Below are positions 1-12,116 of a stretch of 64,000 bases of DNA, piece by piece. The notes under the pieces are model-generated. The model worked only from the letters and a program-made list of their open reading frames with translations. It ran no database searches and had not been told where the DNA came from. Both the position numbers and the translations under genes were made by a program. The stretch spans positions 2,852,001 through 2,916,000 of the forward strand of contig CM075998.1 in the NCBI GenBank assembly GCA_038087875.1, in the 5' to 3' direction. The DNA comes from Malacoraja senta (taxonomy: Eukaryota). Numbering within the stretch: the first letter of the stretch is position 1; each line of letters starts with the position of its first letter.

Positions 1-478
1 CTCCTGTGAATCACAAATTACGAATGATTACAATAAAGGCGTTAAGTCACATAAATTCTAATTAAACATCATCTTTGATGTCACTAATGCTTACTAAACT
101 CAATTATATCAAACAAGCCAATTCTAAATTAATGCCAGCCACATCAGTTCACACACTTTATTGTTTCACATGGTAGTTATTTGTTTTGGAACCATGCATA
201 GTTATATTATAGAATGGTTCTTATTATTGTCAAATACAAAAGCCTCTTAGACAAATCCAGACTACTTGAAATGCAAAAATAACCTCAACAGATCGAAGAA
301 TCACTGGTCAGTGGTGGCTCAATCACATTTTTTACAGGCAATAATTCTGAAGAGGAAATAGATGGACAATGCTGCTTTATTGTTGCAATGGAAGTAACAT
401 TCACTGACATACAGTGTAATACTGGACAGTGTCACCCCTCTCAAAGCTTCGCAGACGGAACTCAAATCAGTTTCAAAT

Positions 479-770
479 GGGCGGCACAGTGGTGCAGCGG
501 TAGAGCTTCTGCCTTGCAGCGCCAGAGACCCAGGTTCCATCCCGACTACGGGTGCTGTCTGTACATTCTCCCCGTGACCTGCGTGGGTTTTCTCTGAGAT
601 CTTCGGTTTCCTCCCACACTCCAAAGATGTACAAGTTTGTAGGATAATGGGCTTGGTATAAAATGTAAAATTGTCTCTTGTGTGTGTAGGATAGTGTTAG
701 TGTGCGGGGATCACTGGTCGGTCGGACTCGGTGAGCCTGTTTCCGCACTGTATCTCTAAACTAAACAAAC
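479..770 (+). mobile_element. tRNA-derived V-SINE (HE1-like)
   Basis: A/B-box-like head, V-domain GGTTTCCTCCCACACTCCAAAGA, CR1-type tail CCTGTTTCC...TGTATCTCTAAACTAAAC. Confidence 0.85.
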
Positions 771-1086
771 GGCTTGGGAGCGAGGGGACCCACCAACCTG
801 GTGAAACCTGTTAACCAAATTGATTAAAGCTGTTAACATTCACACAAATATTAAACGGTCTCCTCAGATGTGGGAATTTGAATCAGAAAATTACTGAATT
901 ATTCAGGACCAGTGTTATGGTGATGCTGCATTGAACCTCATTGTCGTCATCACATGGGAAGTAGCAAATCAAATTTTAAAGGCTATTAAATTCTATGAAA
1001 TAGGAATCCTTTCAAATTTATCCCATTACATTGATGAAATCTAATATTTCTGACTGCAAACTCTATTCCTTAATTGATTGCAATGA

Positions 1087-1426
1087 TTTAAAGATACAGG
1101 ATGGAAACAGGCCCTTCAGCCCACACCAACCATCGATCATCATCCGTTCACACTGGTTGTATGTTATCCCGCTTTCTCAGCCATGCCCCACACACTAGGG
1201 GCAATTTACAGAAGCCAATTAACGTTCAAACCCGCGCGTCTTTGGGATGTGGAAGGAAACTGGAGCATCCGAAGAAAACCCACGCGGTCACAAGAAGAAC
1301 ATGCAAACAGACTTGAATATTTGAACAGACAGAACTTGCACACAGACAGTACCCGTGGTCAGGATTGAACCCGGTTCTCTGGAGCTGCGAGGCAGCAGCT
1401 CTACCCGCTGACAGTCTGTGCCACCC
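1087..1426 (-). mobile_element. V-SINE (HE1-like)
   Basis: Reverse complement of the same head, V-domain and tail. Confidence 0.8.
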
Positions 1427-2169
1427 AAAAGCCAAACCTTTCACAGGACCACAACTCTAATTCTGCCGCTTCACTCCAAGCTGAAGAGCATCAGTATGTT
1501 ACCAGAATTTTACAAACCTGCTAAAATACCGATGGTCTTGAATTTGGCACAGTCTTTTGTAGTTGAATTCTTTGGACAGTTTCTTTTTGAGAAAGCAATG
1601 TTTGATATCCACAATAAAGTATGGTCATCGGGGAGTCTAAAGATGGGGGGCCATAAATACAGGTCACTCATAAATTCAGACAAAACTTTGTTTATCCACA
1701 GAGTGGTTAGAATGTGCATCACAATACCACAAGATGTGGTTGCGGTGAAAAGCAGGCTTACATTTGAAAGGAAGCAAATATTCAAGTCTGTTGCATCTCC
1801 AGCAGTACAGCTCAGGTTTCATGTCCAACAAGACAAAAATCAGAACTAAACCCCTGTAGTGAACAGGAAATGAAAATCAATTGACTGGCCTCTAATTAAA
1901 AGAAAATCTAAGTCAGGAATTACAACCAACAGAAAATAAAAGAAACAAAATTGGATGAGTAAGGGGTGGATAGAAATACATCACGAGAAAACTATGAACT
2001 GGTTTAATGTGCTAACATTCTCTGTGATGGAGGATCCAATCGATGTCTACAAAATGTCTTGAGTTCAAACTCTTATGTTCCCGAGAGCCATTGGCACGGT
2101 CTCAATCCGTCATTCAGTGCAAGGACGTGAAGTGAATAATACAGGGTGTGACAACTGACGTGCCGCATG

Positions 2170-3600
2170 GATCATTGGTGCTGGGAATTCCACTTATTTT
2201 AGACAATTCATATAAAGGACATGCAGAATGGGACTGAAAGCACAGTTGTTAAATTTGCAGATGACGCAAAGATATGCAGGAAAGTACGTTGTGAAGTGGA
2301 CGTAAAGAGATTACTAAGGAATAGAGGTAGAATAAGCGAGTGGATGAAGTTCTGGAAAATAGAGCATAATGCGGAAGTGCCCAGTTCAGCAGGATACATT
2401 AAAAAAACATTTTATTCAAATGATGACAGAATGGAGATGTGGATGGACCCGTGTCAGTGCACGATTCACAACAGACTAGTATGTAGGTTCTGCAAGTAAT
2501 TAGAAAAGGTGACAAAACATTGCTTTACTGTGAGGGGAACTGAATATAAAACTGGTGAGTTTGTGCTTCTGCATGGTGGCATCAGTGAGCTCACACCTGG
2601 AGTACTTAGTTTCCTTTTGTAAGGAAGGTATTGTTATTGGTTTTTTTATGGCCATGTCTACCGAGATACAGTGAGAAGCTTTTGTTTGCGTGCTATTCAA
2701 TCAAATCAGATAATACTATACATGAGGACAATCAGACCAGGTACAAGTACAATAGGTAGAGCGAAGAATACTGATGTGCAGAATATAGTTTCTCAGCACT
2801 GTAACGTAACAGTTCCAGAGAAAAAGTCTAATGGTGTAGAGAAAAAGTCAAGGATGTTAGTGTAGAATACAAAGTGCCAGAGTAACTCAGCGGGTCAGGC
2901 AGTAACTCTGGAGGGCATGGAATGGCGACGTTTCCAGTCGGGACCTTCGTCGCACTCGATCCTGAAGAAGGGCCCCAACTCAAAACGTCAAGAACACGAA
3001 GAAGGGTCCTGGCCCGAAAACTCACCTATCAATGACCTCTTGAGATGCTGCCTAACCCGCTGAGTTAAAGCACTTTTTGTTCTACACAAGATTCCAGCAT
3101 TTAAAGTTCCCTGTGTGTTGAAGGATGTTCATGTGATGGAAGCAGTCCAGAGAAGATTTACTGGACTAATGCCCGGAATGCGTTCCGAGATCAGGATAGA
3201 CGGGCTAGCTCATATCTGATGGAGTTCACAAGAGGGGACCTGGTTGAAACGTTCCAAGATCGTAAGGGGCCAGGACTGGGCCAATGTTGAGGGGATGTTT
3301 CCTCATGTGGGAGAATCTGCAACTAGGAGGCCACTGTTTAAAAAAGAGGTTGCCCATTTAATACAGATGAAGGGAAGTCTTTTTTCCCCGCTTGGGGCGG
3401 GGGGGGGGGGGGGGATGAAACTTTGAAATTCTATGTCTCAGAGGGTCTTGAAATGTTTTTAAAGGCAGAGAGAGATTCTTGATGAGCAAGGAACGGAAAG
3501 GTGATGGGGTGGATCAGAATGTGAAGCCGAGGTTACAATAGGAGCAGCACTAACGGAGTGGGTTTGAAGGGCTGAGTGGCCCACTCCTGCTCCTAATTGT
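2170..3600 (+). mobile_element. Old CR1 LINE 3' fragment interrupted (~2640-3118) by younger insertions
   Basis: Degenerate RT C-terminus (VKFADDAKI, VQRRFTGLMPG) and CR1 3'UTR. Confidence 0.7.
2862..3118. mobile_element. Penelope pLTR-derived inverted composite
   Basis: GAGTAACTCAGCGGGTCAGGCAG arm followed by its reverse complement, with two GAAGAAGGG...AAAAC motifs. Confidence 0.65.
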
Positions 3601-4404
3601 AAGCACATGTTAAACGCCTTGTGTGCATGCAAATAGTCGCCTGGGTTGGGCACCATCTTGGAAGCTGTCAGCAAAGCATAAAATGTTGAGCTTTGGCACC
3701 AACTTTCCAAAGAGAAAAGAGGTGGCACTGTATTCAAGTTGTTGTTTACAGCAGATTTCAGGCTGTCAAATGAAGCATTAAGCCATGTCAAATTTCCAAG
3801 TGTATTCTTTTTACGCTGCAATACATTCTAATTTTTGCGACAGTTGCATTTGCTTAGACTGTATTTGATAGGAACAATTACACACGCACACATATATTAC
3901 ATAATCAGTTTATGTAACTCCAATCTGCACAAAGAATGTAAAGAAATCCTTCACCATCTCTGGGAGGTACAAATGTATATGAAAGCTGCATCATTCGCTT
4001 TGCCACATCTGAAAACAATTAGGCATCTGATACATTGCTCATGTTATTGACATTAGTTATGTCCAGCTGGACCATGTAGCACAGTAATGTAGTACACCAA
4101 ATCCCACCGACCACCATTGTAGAATAACCTTGTGTGGCACTTGACAAATGCATTGTGAAAATCAAAATGTCTACATCTATTGGTTGTCTCTTCGACTTTC
4201 AACTACAAATAACAAACTTGTCACACACAATTCTTCCTTTCCAAAATCTGCCCCATTACATTGTGATTTTTCTCACCACCGCCATATTAAACAGCCCCAA
4301 TAACATATTCTAGAGTTTTCCCCCACCACCTATGTGGTTACATAAAATTGGAGAATTCAATGTTCATACTGTTGGGTTGTAAGCTACCCAAGCGGAATAC
4401 GAGG

Positions 4405-4780
4405 TTCTCCAGAGATGCTGCCTGACCCGCTGAGTTACTCCAGCACTTTGGTTTTTTTTAAAATGCAAACCAGCATTTCCAGTTCCTTGTTTCTATTCCA
4501 ACATGTTGTGTTTTTTACTTAAGACTCCAGCATCTACAGTTCCTTGTGTCTCCATTCTGATGAAGGGTCTTCAACCATATATGTTAACTGTTTCTCTCTC
4601 CAGAGATGCTGCCTGAACTCTGTGGCCAACACTTTGTGTTTTTACCCTTCATCCGAAGTTCATCAGGTTATTGACCTGAAATCTTAACTATGTTTCTCTC
4701 TCCACGGATGCTGCCGGAACACTAAGTTCTGCCACACTTTCTGATTTGCTGCTGAGTGTTTCCAGCATTTTATGTTTTTA
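4405..4780 (+). mobile_element. Tandem cluster of Penelope pLTR-derived units
   Basis: Three head-to-tail CTCCAGAGATGCTGCCTGA-type units with degenerate CTGATGAAGGGTC motif. Confidence 0.65.
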
Positions 4781-5629
4781 TCCCAGTCTTACTAGTGCTG
4801 GTTTCCAAGTGAAATTAGGAATATAGTTGTATGCACATTGTAATCTTCTGATCCTTTCCCAACAAACCCAGTTCTTTATAACGCCAAAGTAAAATTAAAC
4901 AGTGCAACTGAGGGTGGTCCGGTTTCCTCCCACATCCCAAAGATATGTGCACTTGTAGATTGAGCATGTAGGGAGTCGACACAAAAGTGGGATCTCATAG
5001 AACTAGTGTGAATAGGTTGATGGTCAGTTTGAACTCAGTGGGACGAAGGGTCTGTTTCCATGCTTTATCTCTAAAAGTTAACCCATATTTTACCAAGATG
5101 TTCTGCACACAAGTGAATGCTTTAATCTCACTATTCATCCAGGTAATGTGTTTTGATCTGTTGTGTAGGAGGCCACAAATAACTATTCATTTCTTTTTCA
5201 CACTAAACAGCCACTATTATACAGTCCATGGATATTATTTCATCTCTGGGTACAAATGCGTTTTGTTGAGGCAGGCGAACAAAAAAAAAAGGGCCATTTT
5301 ATCTGTCAAATAAGTAAAAGCGTGAACTAACATTGCTTCCTGATGTAGCCAAATCAAATGCAGAAAAGTCAAGTTCAGATCCATCCTACTCAAAACACGA
5401 GGACTGGAACTTTAAATAATCCTGCCTTTCGGCGGATTGTAAACTATGTTATAATTTAATGAAAAGCACACACACAACTGACTCCAGAGATGCTGCCTGA
5501 GTTACTCCAGCATTTTGTGTCTATCTTCCGTGTAAACTCGCATCTGCAGTTCCTTCACACACACACACATATGGAATCGGGTTTAAAATCCCAACTGGGT
5601 GTTTAATGCATTATATGCCCTTAGTCATC

Positions 5630-6070
5630 ACACGGTCGGGTGATTTGTCCCACGCTGATGGGTGTGATTGGAGATGTTTGCAACCCTGAAGTGACAGAAC
5701 AAGGTCGTGCCCACCACAAGGGCGCCCCAGGGAAGGAGACCCTCTCCCTCCCCGCATCCAAAAAACGTACCGATTCCATCGCCATGGCTCCTCCGATCTG
5801 CCTCTCTACACCTCCTGACGAGCCGGCTCGCTGTTCCCTCCGATTCTTCTCATGTACTCTCTCTCTCTGTCTCTCTCCTCAGGACTTTCAGCTCCCGCCT
5901 CGCATCCAGCACAACCAGCGCTTCCGGTCCGCGCCCGCGGCAACGACAAGGCAGCGGACAGCCGGGCAAGATGGCCGCGGCTTTCACTGCCGTCTGTCCG
6001 CCCCCTGTCTCCGGCAGCGCCACCTGCAGGCTCAGACAAGCAGGCCGGAGGAATCCGGTTGCTCAAAGGC
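5630..6070. promoter_or_regulatory. CpG-island promoter with ETS (CCGGAAG, 5921-5927 minus), YY1-like (CAAGATGGCCGC, ~5967-5978) and CTCF-like (CCTGCAGGTGGCGCTG, 6015-6030 minus) motifs
   Basis: Non-repetitive GC/CpG-rich segment; motifs read directly from sequence. Confidence 0.7.
5771..5785 (-). CDS. PRKAG1: Putative first coding exon (ATG GCG ATG GAA TCG|gtacgt; MAMES) of the downstream gene, likely AMPK gamma-1
   Basis: Kozak context GGAGCC-ATG-G inside a CpG island, then a phase-0 donor. Mammalian PRKAG1 lies directly downstream of KMT2D on the same strand and its exon 1 codes only M-E-T. Identity rests on synteny. Confidence 0.55.
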
Positions 6071-6224
6071 ATTCTCCACAGATTTTATTCTCTCCACAGA
6101 CGCTGCTTCATTTGCTCAGTAGTTCTTGCATCCACAGTTAGGTTTGCGAGAATATTGAGATCATTCATCTTAAGCCTTCAGATGAATGATCTCAATATTC
6201 TCGCAAACCCAACTGTGGATGCAA

Positions 6225-6450
6225 GAACACAGACAGCACCCGAGGTCAGGATCGAACCCGGGTCTATCTGATAGCTCCAGAGGGTTGCACACCACTACCC
6301 GATAGCTCCAGAGACCCCGGTTCGATCCTGACCTCGGGTGCTGTCTGTGTGAAATTTGCACGTTCTCCCTGTGACCCGCGTGGGTTTCCTCCGGGTGATC
6401 CCAAAGACGTGCAGGTTTGTAGGTTGATCAGTTGCTGCAAATGTCCCCAG
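6225..6450. mobile_element. V-SINE head with inverted duplication
   Basis: ~6228-6265 is the reverse complement of ~6312-6350. Confidence 0.7.
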
Positions 6451-6452
6451 TG

Positions 6453-6545
6453 TGAAGAAGGGTTTCGGCCCGAAACGTTGCCTATTTCCTTCGCTCCATA
6501 GATGCTGCTGCACCGGCTGAGTTTCTCCAGCATTTTTGTGTATCT
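6453..6545 (+). mobile_element. Young short Penelope pLTR-derived insert with hammerhead-like motif
   Basis: Near-identical to copies at 31076, 52389 and 55684. Confidence 0.75.
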
Positions 6546-6974
6546 TAGATTAGATTCTGGGAGGAGTTGATGGGAATGTGAAAGAAAATAGGTTATAGAA
6601 AATATTTGTGGAGAATGGTATTGATAGGATGCTCTGAGAGCTGGCGTGCATTTGATGGGCTGACCGGCCTTCCAGTGTTTGTGTGGAAAAACGTACCCTC
6701 AGGTCCCCTTTAAACATCCTCCGTCTCACCTTAAACCTACTTTAGACACTCCTACCACGAATAGGGAACAGTACAGCACAGGAACAGGCTCTTCAACCCA
6801 CGATGTCTATGCCAAACACAATGACAAATTAAACGAATCTCCTCTGCCTGCACTCGTGAAACAGACTCTGATTATCTACCCTATCTCTGACTCCCACACT
6901 GTTATACACTGCTAACATGTGACCTATATGATCCAGTTTATCCAATATTTCCTTCTAATTCAAGCATTCTAATC

Positions 6975-7112
6975 GGGGTGGGAGATTGCAACCTTCACGT
7001 GGTCCGCCCTGTTTCGACGAATGCAATCAACTTGGCGTGCACAATTAAATAAGATCAAATAGAACAAGTTGTCCTACAACTTTAGGCTGTGCACGCCATA
7101 CGCAGGAAGAAG
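6975..7112 (+). mobile_element. Short 5'-truncated non-LTR retroposon with (GAA)n tail, possibly Vingi/RTE-type
   Basis: 13-bp TSD AAGCATTCTAATC (6962-6974 and 7113-7125); 11-bp internal stem. Confidence 0.7.
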
Positions 7113-7946
7113 AAGCATTCTAATCCAGGCAACATCCTCACCACTGTCTGCCCCATGAATGTTCAGCAGTGGAAGGACACTAAACTGTGGTCTTTTCCCA
7201 CAGAGCCTCACGTTGGATGAACTGAGCTTCAGCGAGTCCCTCCGCATGTAAGCTTGCAGTCTGAATGCAGTCAGCAACGTTCCCTGACTTCTGTTCGGCT
7301 ACCAGGGGACCATGCATCCCATTGGTGAAGAACAAACAGCAGTTCTTTTGAGCACAACAATCTCTGGATCAGTGCCGCTAATTCAGAAAAGAATAGCAAC
7401 TGGAATCATTTAATCTACCCATTTTTAATGATTTGTTTTGATTTATTAGGGAGCTTTCTTTCCACTTCCTATTTAGCAGGTGGTATTTTCATCTTTTATC
7501 AAACTGTGATTTATTGCAGTTTCCTGAACATGGAATTTGCCCGCAGGCACAAAGGTTGCTCAACAGATGGAGAAATCAGCATTCGATGTATTTAATGTAC
7601 AACTGTTCCCAAAATATTACTATTACCCAGAGGTTACTGTTTTAAAATCGATTAAGAATACAAAACTTTGGGTTTTAAAGCCTTGTATAACAGTACAAGT
7701 GTTTCTCACTGCTGATTTATATGGAATTTGACCCAAGAGTAAATTTAATATTAGTTGCAGGAAATGTAGTGGCAGACAATTGCATGTTGGAGACCTTTGA
7801 AATGAATGAAATTCAGAATACTTAAATTTAACTATACATTTTAAGACCACAATTTAATTGGTGTTAAAGTAATACTTATTAGCAATAGGAGACACATGAA
7901 ACTGCAGATGTTGGAATCCTGAGCAAAACACAGTGCTGGAGCAAAT

Positions 7947-8112
7947 CAGGTTTGTAGGTTAATTGGCTTGGGTTTGTATACTTGGCATAAGTGTAAAATT
8001 GTCCCCTAGTGTGTGCAGGTTTGTGTTAATGTGCGGGGATCGCTGGTCAGTGCGGACTCGTTGAGCCGAAGGGCCTGTTTCCACGCTGTATCTCTAAACT
8101 AAACTAAAACTA
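7947..8112 (+). mobile_element. V-SINE 3' part
   Basis: Tail GCCGAAGGGCCTGTTTCCACGCTGTATCTCTAAACTAAACTAAA. Confidence 0.8.
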
Positions 8113-9834
8113 AGTTGACAGCCTGAGAACCATTTAATTGCTTCCAAGTAAAACACAACAATGCTGGAGGAACTCGGCGGGTCAGGCAACATCTGGGGAG
8201 GGAATGAACGGGTGATGTTTTGGGTCGGGGCACTTCTTCACTCATTCTATCCATTCCTCCCCCTGATTACAATTGACCCATTCACAGTGTACAGATACGT
8301 GATAAAGGGAATAACGTGAATAACATTTAGTGCAAGATAAAGTCCAGTAAAGCCCGGTCAAAGATAGTCCGAGGGCCTCCATTGAAGTAGATCGGTCAGG
8401 ACCGCTCTCTAGTTGTTGGTAGGATGGTTCAGTTGCCTGATAACAGCTTGCACTCTGTGCACCTTCCAATTCAAGTGCTGGATTGACAAATTGCACAGTT
8501 TCTTACCCAGATGCATCTCTCATAAACGACACCAATGTGTTAATAGTAGATTAATTTGGCAAATAAATGTTGTTCAGGCCATTGTTGTGGGAAAGTACAA
8601 TAAAATCTTGTAGAAAATGCGATAATATTTTGCGCTTCAAGTTTTTCATACATTCCAAATTACACTTGATATTTAAGATTTGCCACAGGGCTTTATTTGT
8701 TTCAACATGGGGGTGGTGAACCGCCTTCTTAGACTGCTTCAGGCCTTTTGGTGATGTGCTCCCACAGTGATGTTGGGCAGGGAGTTCCAAGCTTTGGACA
8801 ATACCCCAGTAAACATATTTCACTCAGGATATTGTATGACTTGGAGAGGAATGTGCAGGGATGGTGTTCCCATGTACCTGTCACTCTTGTGTGTCTTGGT
8901 GGTAGAGATTATGAAATGGGAGTATCCCGCGGGAGCAACCACATCGCATTATAAACATGGTACACACTGTAGCCATTGTGTGCCAGTGCTGAAGGGAATG
9001 AATGCTGAGGGTGCTTTCATCCAAATCATTTACACAAATATGCTTTTTAACCCCCCCCCCCCTCCCCGATGTTTTTTGCTTAATGACATTTCAGTGAATA
9101 GATTTTAGCAGCGGCTGCAATTATGCACAGCACAAAAATATCTTTTGATTGCATTTGTAAAAGGCCACATGGGTAACTCGAAATTTACATTGAAGACGCA
9201 TTTAGACAGAGACTTGGAGGCAAGGAACAGAAGGATACGGTCCTATTGAGTTAAATGGGATTAGTGCAGATGGGCAAAATGGTCAGCACTGATGTGGTGG
9301 GCTGAAGGGGCTGTTTTTTAAAATTAAAGATAGACACAAAATGCTGGGGTAACTCAGTGGTACCGGCTTCTCTGGATAGAAGGAATGGGTGATGTTTCGG
9401 GTCGATCCCCAACTTCAGATTGTTTCTGTGCTGTGTTAGACTTGCGTTAGTTTTGTAATAACAAAACTATCAAGCAGTGTGTTCCGATTCCTTATTTATA
9501 TTTTATTTTAATTACCCCCTTCAAAAAGGTAATGATCCCGTTTTGTTTTATGTAAACTTTATTAGCAATTTATTGCCCCATGACATTGCAGTAGAGGTTT
9601 CAGAGCCAGGAGAATAGATACAGTTGTGCTCCTGTCCAGATGCAAGCCAGCTGTGTGCGTGTTCTTATCCAGTCCTGTGGATTCCTTATGTTGAAGGCAA
9701 AATCTGCATGCATGCAACTCAAATGCTACATCAATAAGCATGCAACTCAAATGCTACAGCAAGCTCAGATTTGCCACAGCCAGAATACAGCATCTGGTAT
9801 GTACTGAAGCTTCTGTCAAGTGTACAGGCATGCA

Positions 9835-10490
9835 CTATAGAAGCTGGCCCTTCAGTACTACTCGTCTATGCCAACCAAGATAGCCATCTAAGTTAATCCC
9901 ATTTATCTGCATTCAACCCATATCCCCCGAAACTTTTCCCATTCACATATCTGTCCAAATGTCTTATAAATGTTTTTACCTGCCTCAATCACTTCCTCTA
10001 GTTCCCACCACCCTCTGTAATGTTGCCTCTAATTAAATCTTTCCCCTCTCACCTTAACCAATGCCCTCTACTTTTTGATTCCCCAACCCTGGAAAAAACC
10101 CTGCATTTACCCTATCCCACTCATGATTTTATGAGATCATAAGATCATCCCACAGCCTCCTACACTCCACACCTGCCCAACCTCATCCTATTAGTTAGTC
10201 ACTCCAGTCCTGGTAGCATCTTCTATGCAATCTTTCCAGCATTAGAACATCTTTCCTATAGCATGGCGACCAAAACGGATTGAAATATCCCATGCAGGCT
10301 CACCCAACGTCTTATTCAACTGCAACATGACGTCAGAACTTAAATACACAATATGCCCTGAATGCTGAAGGACAGGACGCCAATAGCCTTCTTCACCACC
10401 ATCTACCTGTGATGAGGACCATGCATTTGTACTCCAAGGTCCCTCTATTCAACCATTCACTATGAAAGTCCTACACTGGTTTGACTTCCC
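9835..10490 (-). mobile_element. Diverged CR1 LINE 3' fragment
   Basis: Similar to the reverse complement of the CR1 copies at 10.6 and 16 kb. Confidence 0.65.
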
Positions 10491-10612
10491 CAAAGATGAC
10501 CCCGTTATCCTTCAGGCTGCACTTCAGCATTGGAGTTAAGAGCCCAGCCAATGTCCTGCAATTCCTCAGCAATTGCATTGGAAAATCTGCCCATTGATCT
10601 GTTTCAGGTTAG

Positions 10613-11290
10613 AGCAGGTACAGCAGGCAGTGAAGAAAGCTAATGGAATGTTGGCATTCATAACAAGGGGATTTCAGTATAGGAGTAAAGAGGTTCTTCT
10701 GCAGTTGTATAGGGCTCTGGTGAGACCACACCTGGAGTATTGTGTCCAGTTTTGGTCTCCTAATTTGAGGAAGGACATCCTTGTGATTGAGGCAGTGCAG
10801 TGTAGGTTCACGAGATTGATCCCTGGGGTGGCGGGACTGTCATATGAGGAAAGATTGAAAAGACTAGGCTTGTATTCACTTTTTAGAAGGATGAGGGGGA
10901 TCTTATAGAAACATAACATTATAAAAGTACTGGACAAGCTAGATGCAGGAAAAATGTTCCCAATGTTGGGCGAGTCCAGAACCAGGGGCCACAGTCAAAG
11001 AATAAAGGGGAAGTCATTTAAGACTGAGGTGAGAAAAAACGTTTTCACCCAGAGTTGTGAATTTGTGGAATTCCCTGCCACAGAGGGCAGTGGAGGCCAA
11101 GTCACTGGATGGATTTAAGAGAGAGTTAGGTAGAGCTCTAGGAGCTAGTGGAATCAAGGGATATGGGGAGAAGGCAGCCACGGGTTATTGATTGGGGACG
11201 ATCAGCCATGATCAGAATGAATGGCGGTGCTGGCTCAAAGGGCCGAATGGCCTCCTCCTGTACCTATTTTCTATGTAACTCTATCTATGT
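10613..11290 (+). mobile_element. CR1 LINE 3' fragment
   Basis: [13 protein letters not shown]...[19 protein letters not shown]; frameshifts; TTTCTATG tail. Confidence 0.92.
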
Positions 11291-12095
11291 AGCTGATGCA
11301 GGTAAGCGGCTCCATTCATTTCAAAACAGATGGAAAAGGTGAAAAATCATTCAGGTAATTTAAATCTAGGTATCAAATTGAATATTTTAATCTCATTTTT
11401 ATTTTTTGAACAATTGCAAATGGAAGCATCTTTGCGATTTACAATCAATTAGCTAGGAGCCAGCTTCAGAGACCGAGTTGCCAGTGAATGACCTGTAAGT
11501 TTAGCTGGTAGGTGAACACCAAGTGGATGGTGTCCTGATCTCGGCCAATGTATCCACCATCAATACTAAATACAACTAAGGAGATTTTTCACATGACAGC
11601 TAATCTCAAGAGTCCATTCACCACTCAAAAGAGATTGTCCCTTGAAGTTTATTTAGTGTTGGCTGGGTTACCAAACCACACATTATGCAACTGGACTAGA
11701 ATCAGGTTCAGATACCCAAATCCAGAAATTAAAACTGTTTCTGTGGAAAATAATTCAAGTGGTGAGAAAAGTCTTTGGTGCCACTGCTAGGTTGTTATTC
11801 CAAGACAGAAACATTTGCCGTGAATAGTTGCAAGAGTCCATTCTCCAAAAAACAAAACAAATCCTTACAAATATTCTTATATCATCATTTCCTCCATACC
11901 TCCTTGCAATCACATAACTGTATTGATGCTTTATGAAGGAGTTATCACAGATAGTCAAGACATTTAAGTGGTGTGACATATGGAAATATAAGAAACAAGC
12001 ACAATATAACCAAAACTCTTCAATATGGATGCTTCACTGTTGCAAACCAACATCTCATGATAACTTGAGACCAATAAATGTAATCCAAGGATGTT

Positions 12096-12116
12096 TTTAT
12101 TTCAAACAATTTTAAT
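12096..12116 (-). terminator. Candidate poly(A) signals ATTAAA (12111-12116) and AATAAA (12096-12101)
   Basis: Hexamers seen on the minus strand, with several upstream UGUA motifs at 12170-12260. Confidence 0.5.

Noticed and set aside
479-560. tRNA-like sequence
   Set aside because: It is the head of a multi-copy SINE, not a tRNA gene.
5709-5730. Second CTCF-like motif CCACCACAAGGGCGC
   Set aside because: Core spacing does not fit the consensus.
5640-6271. Several 88-160-aa ORFs over the CpG island
   Set aside because: Expected in GC-rich DNA; no homology or splice support visible.
9710-9758. Short direct duplication GCATGCAACTCAAATGCTACA
   Set aside because: Simple local duplication with no sign of function.
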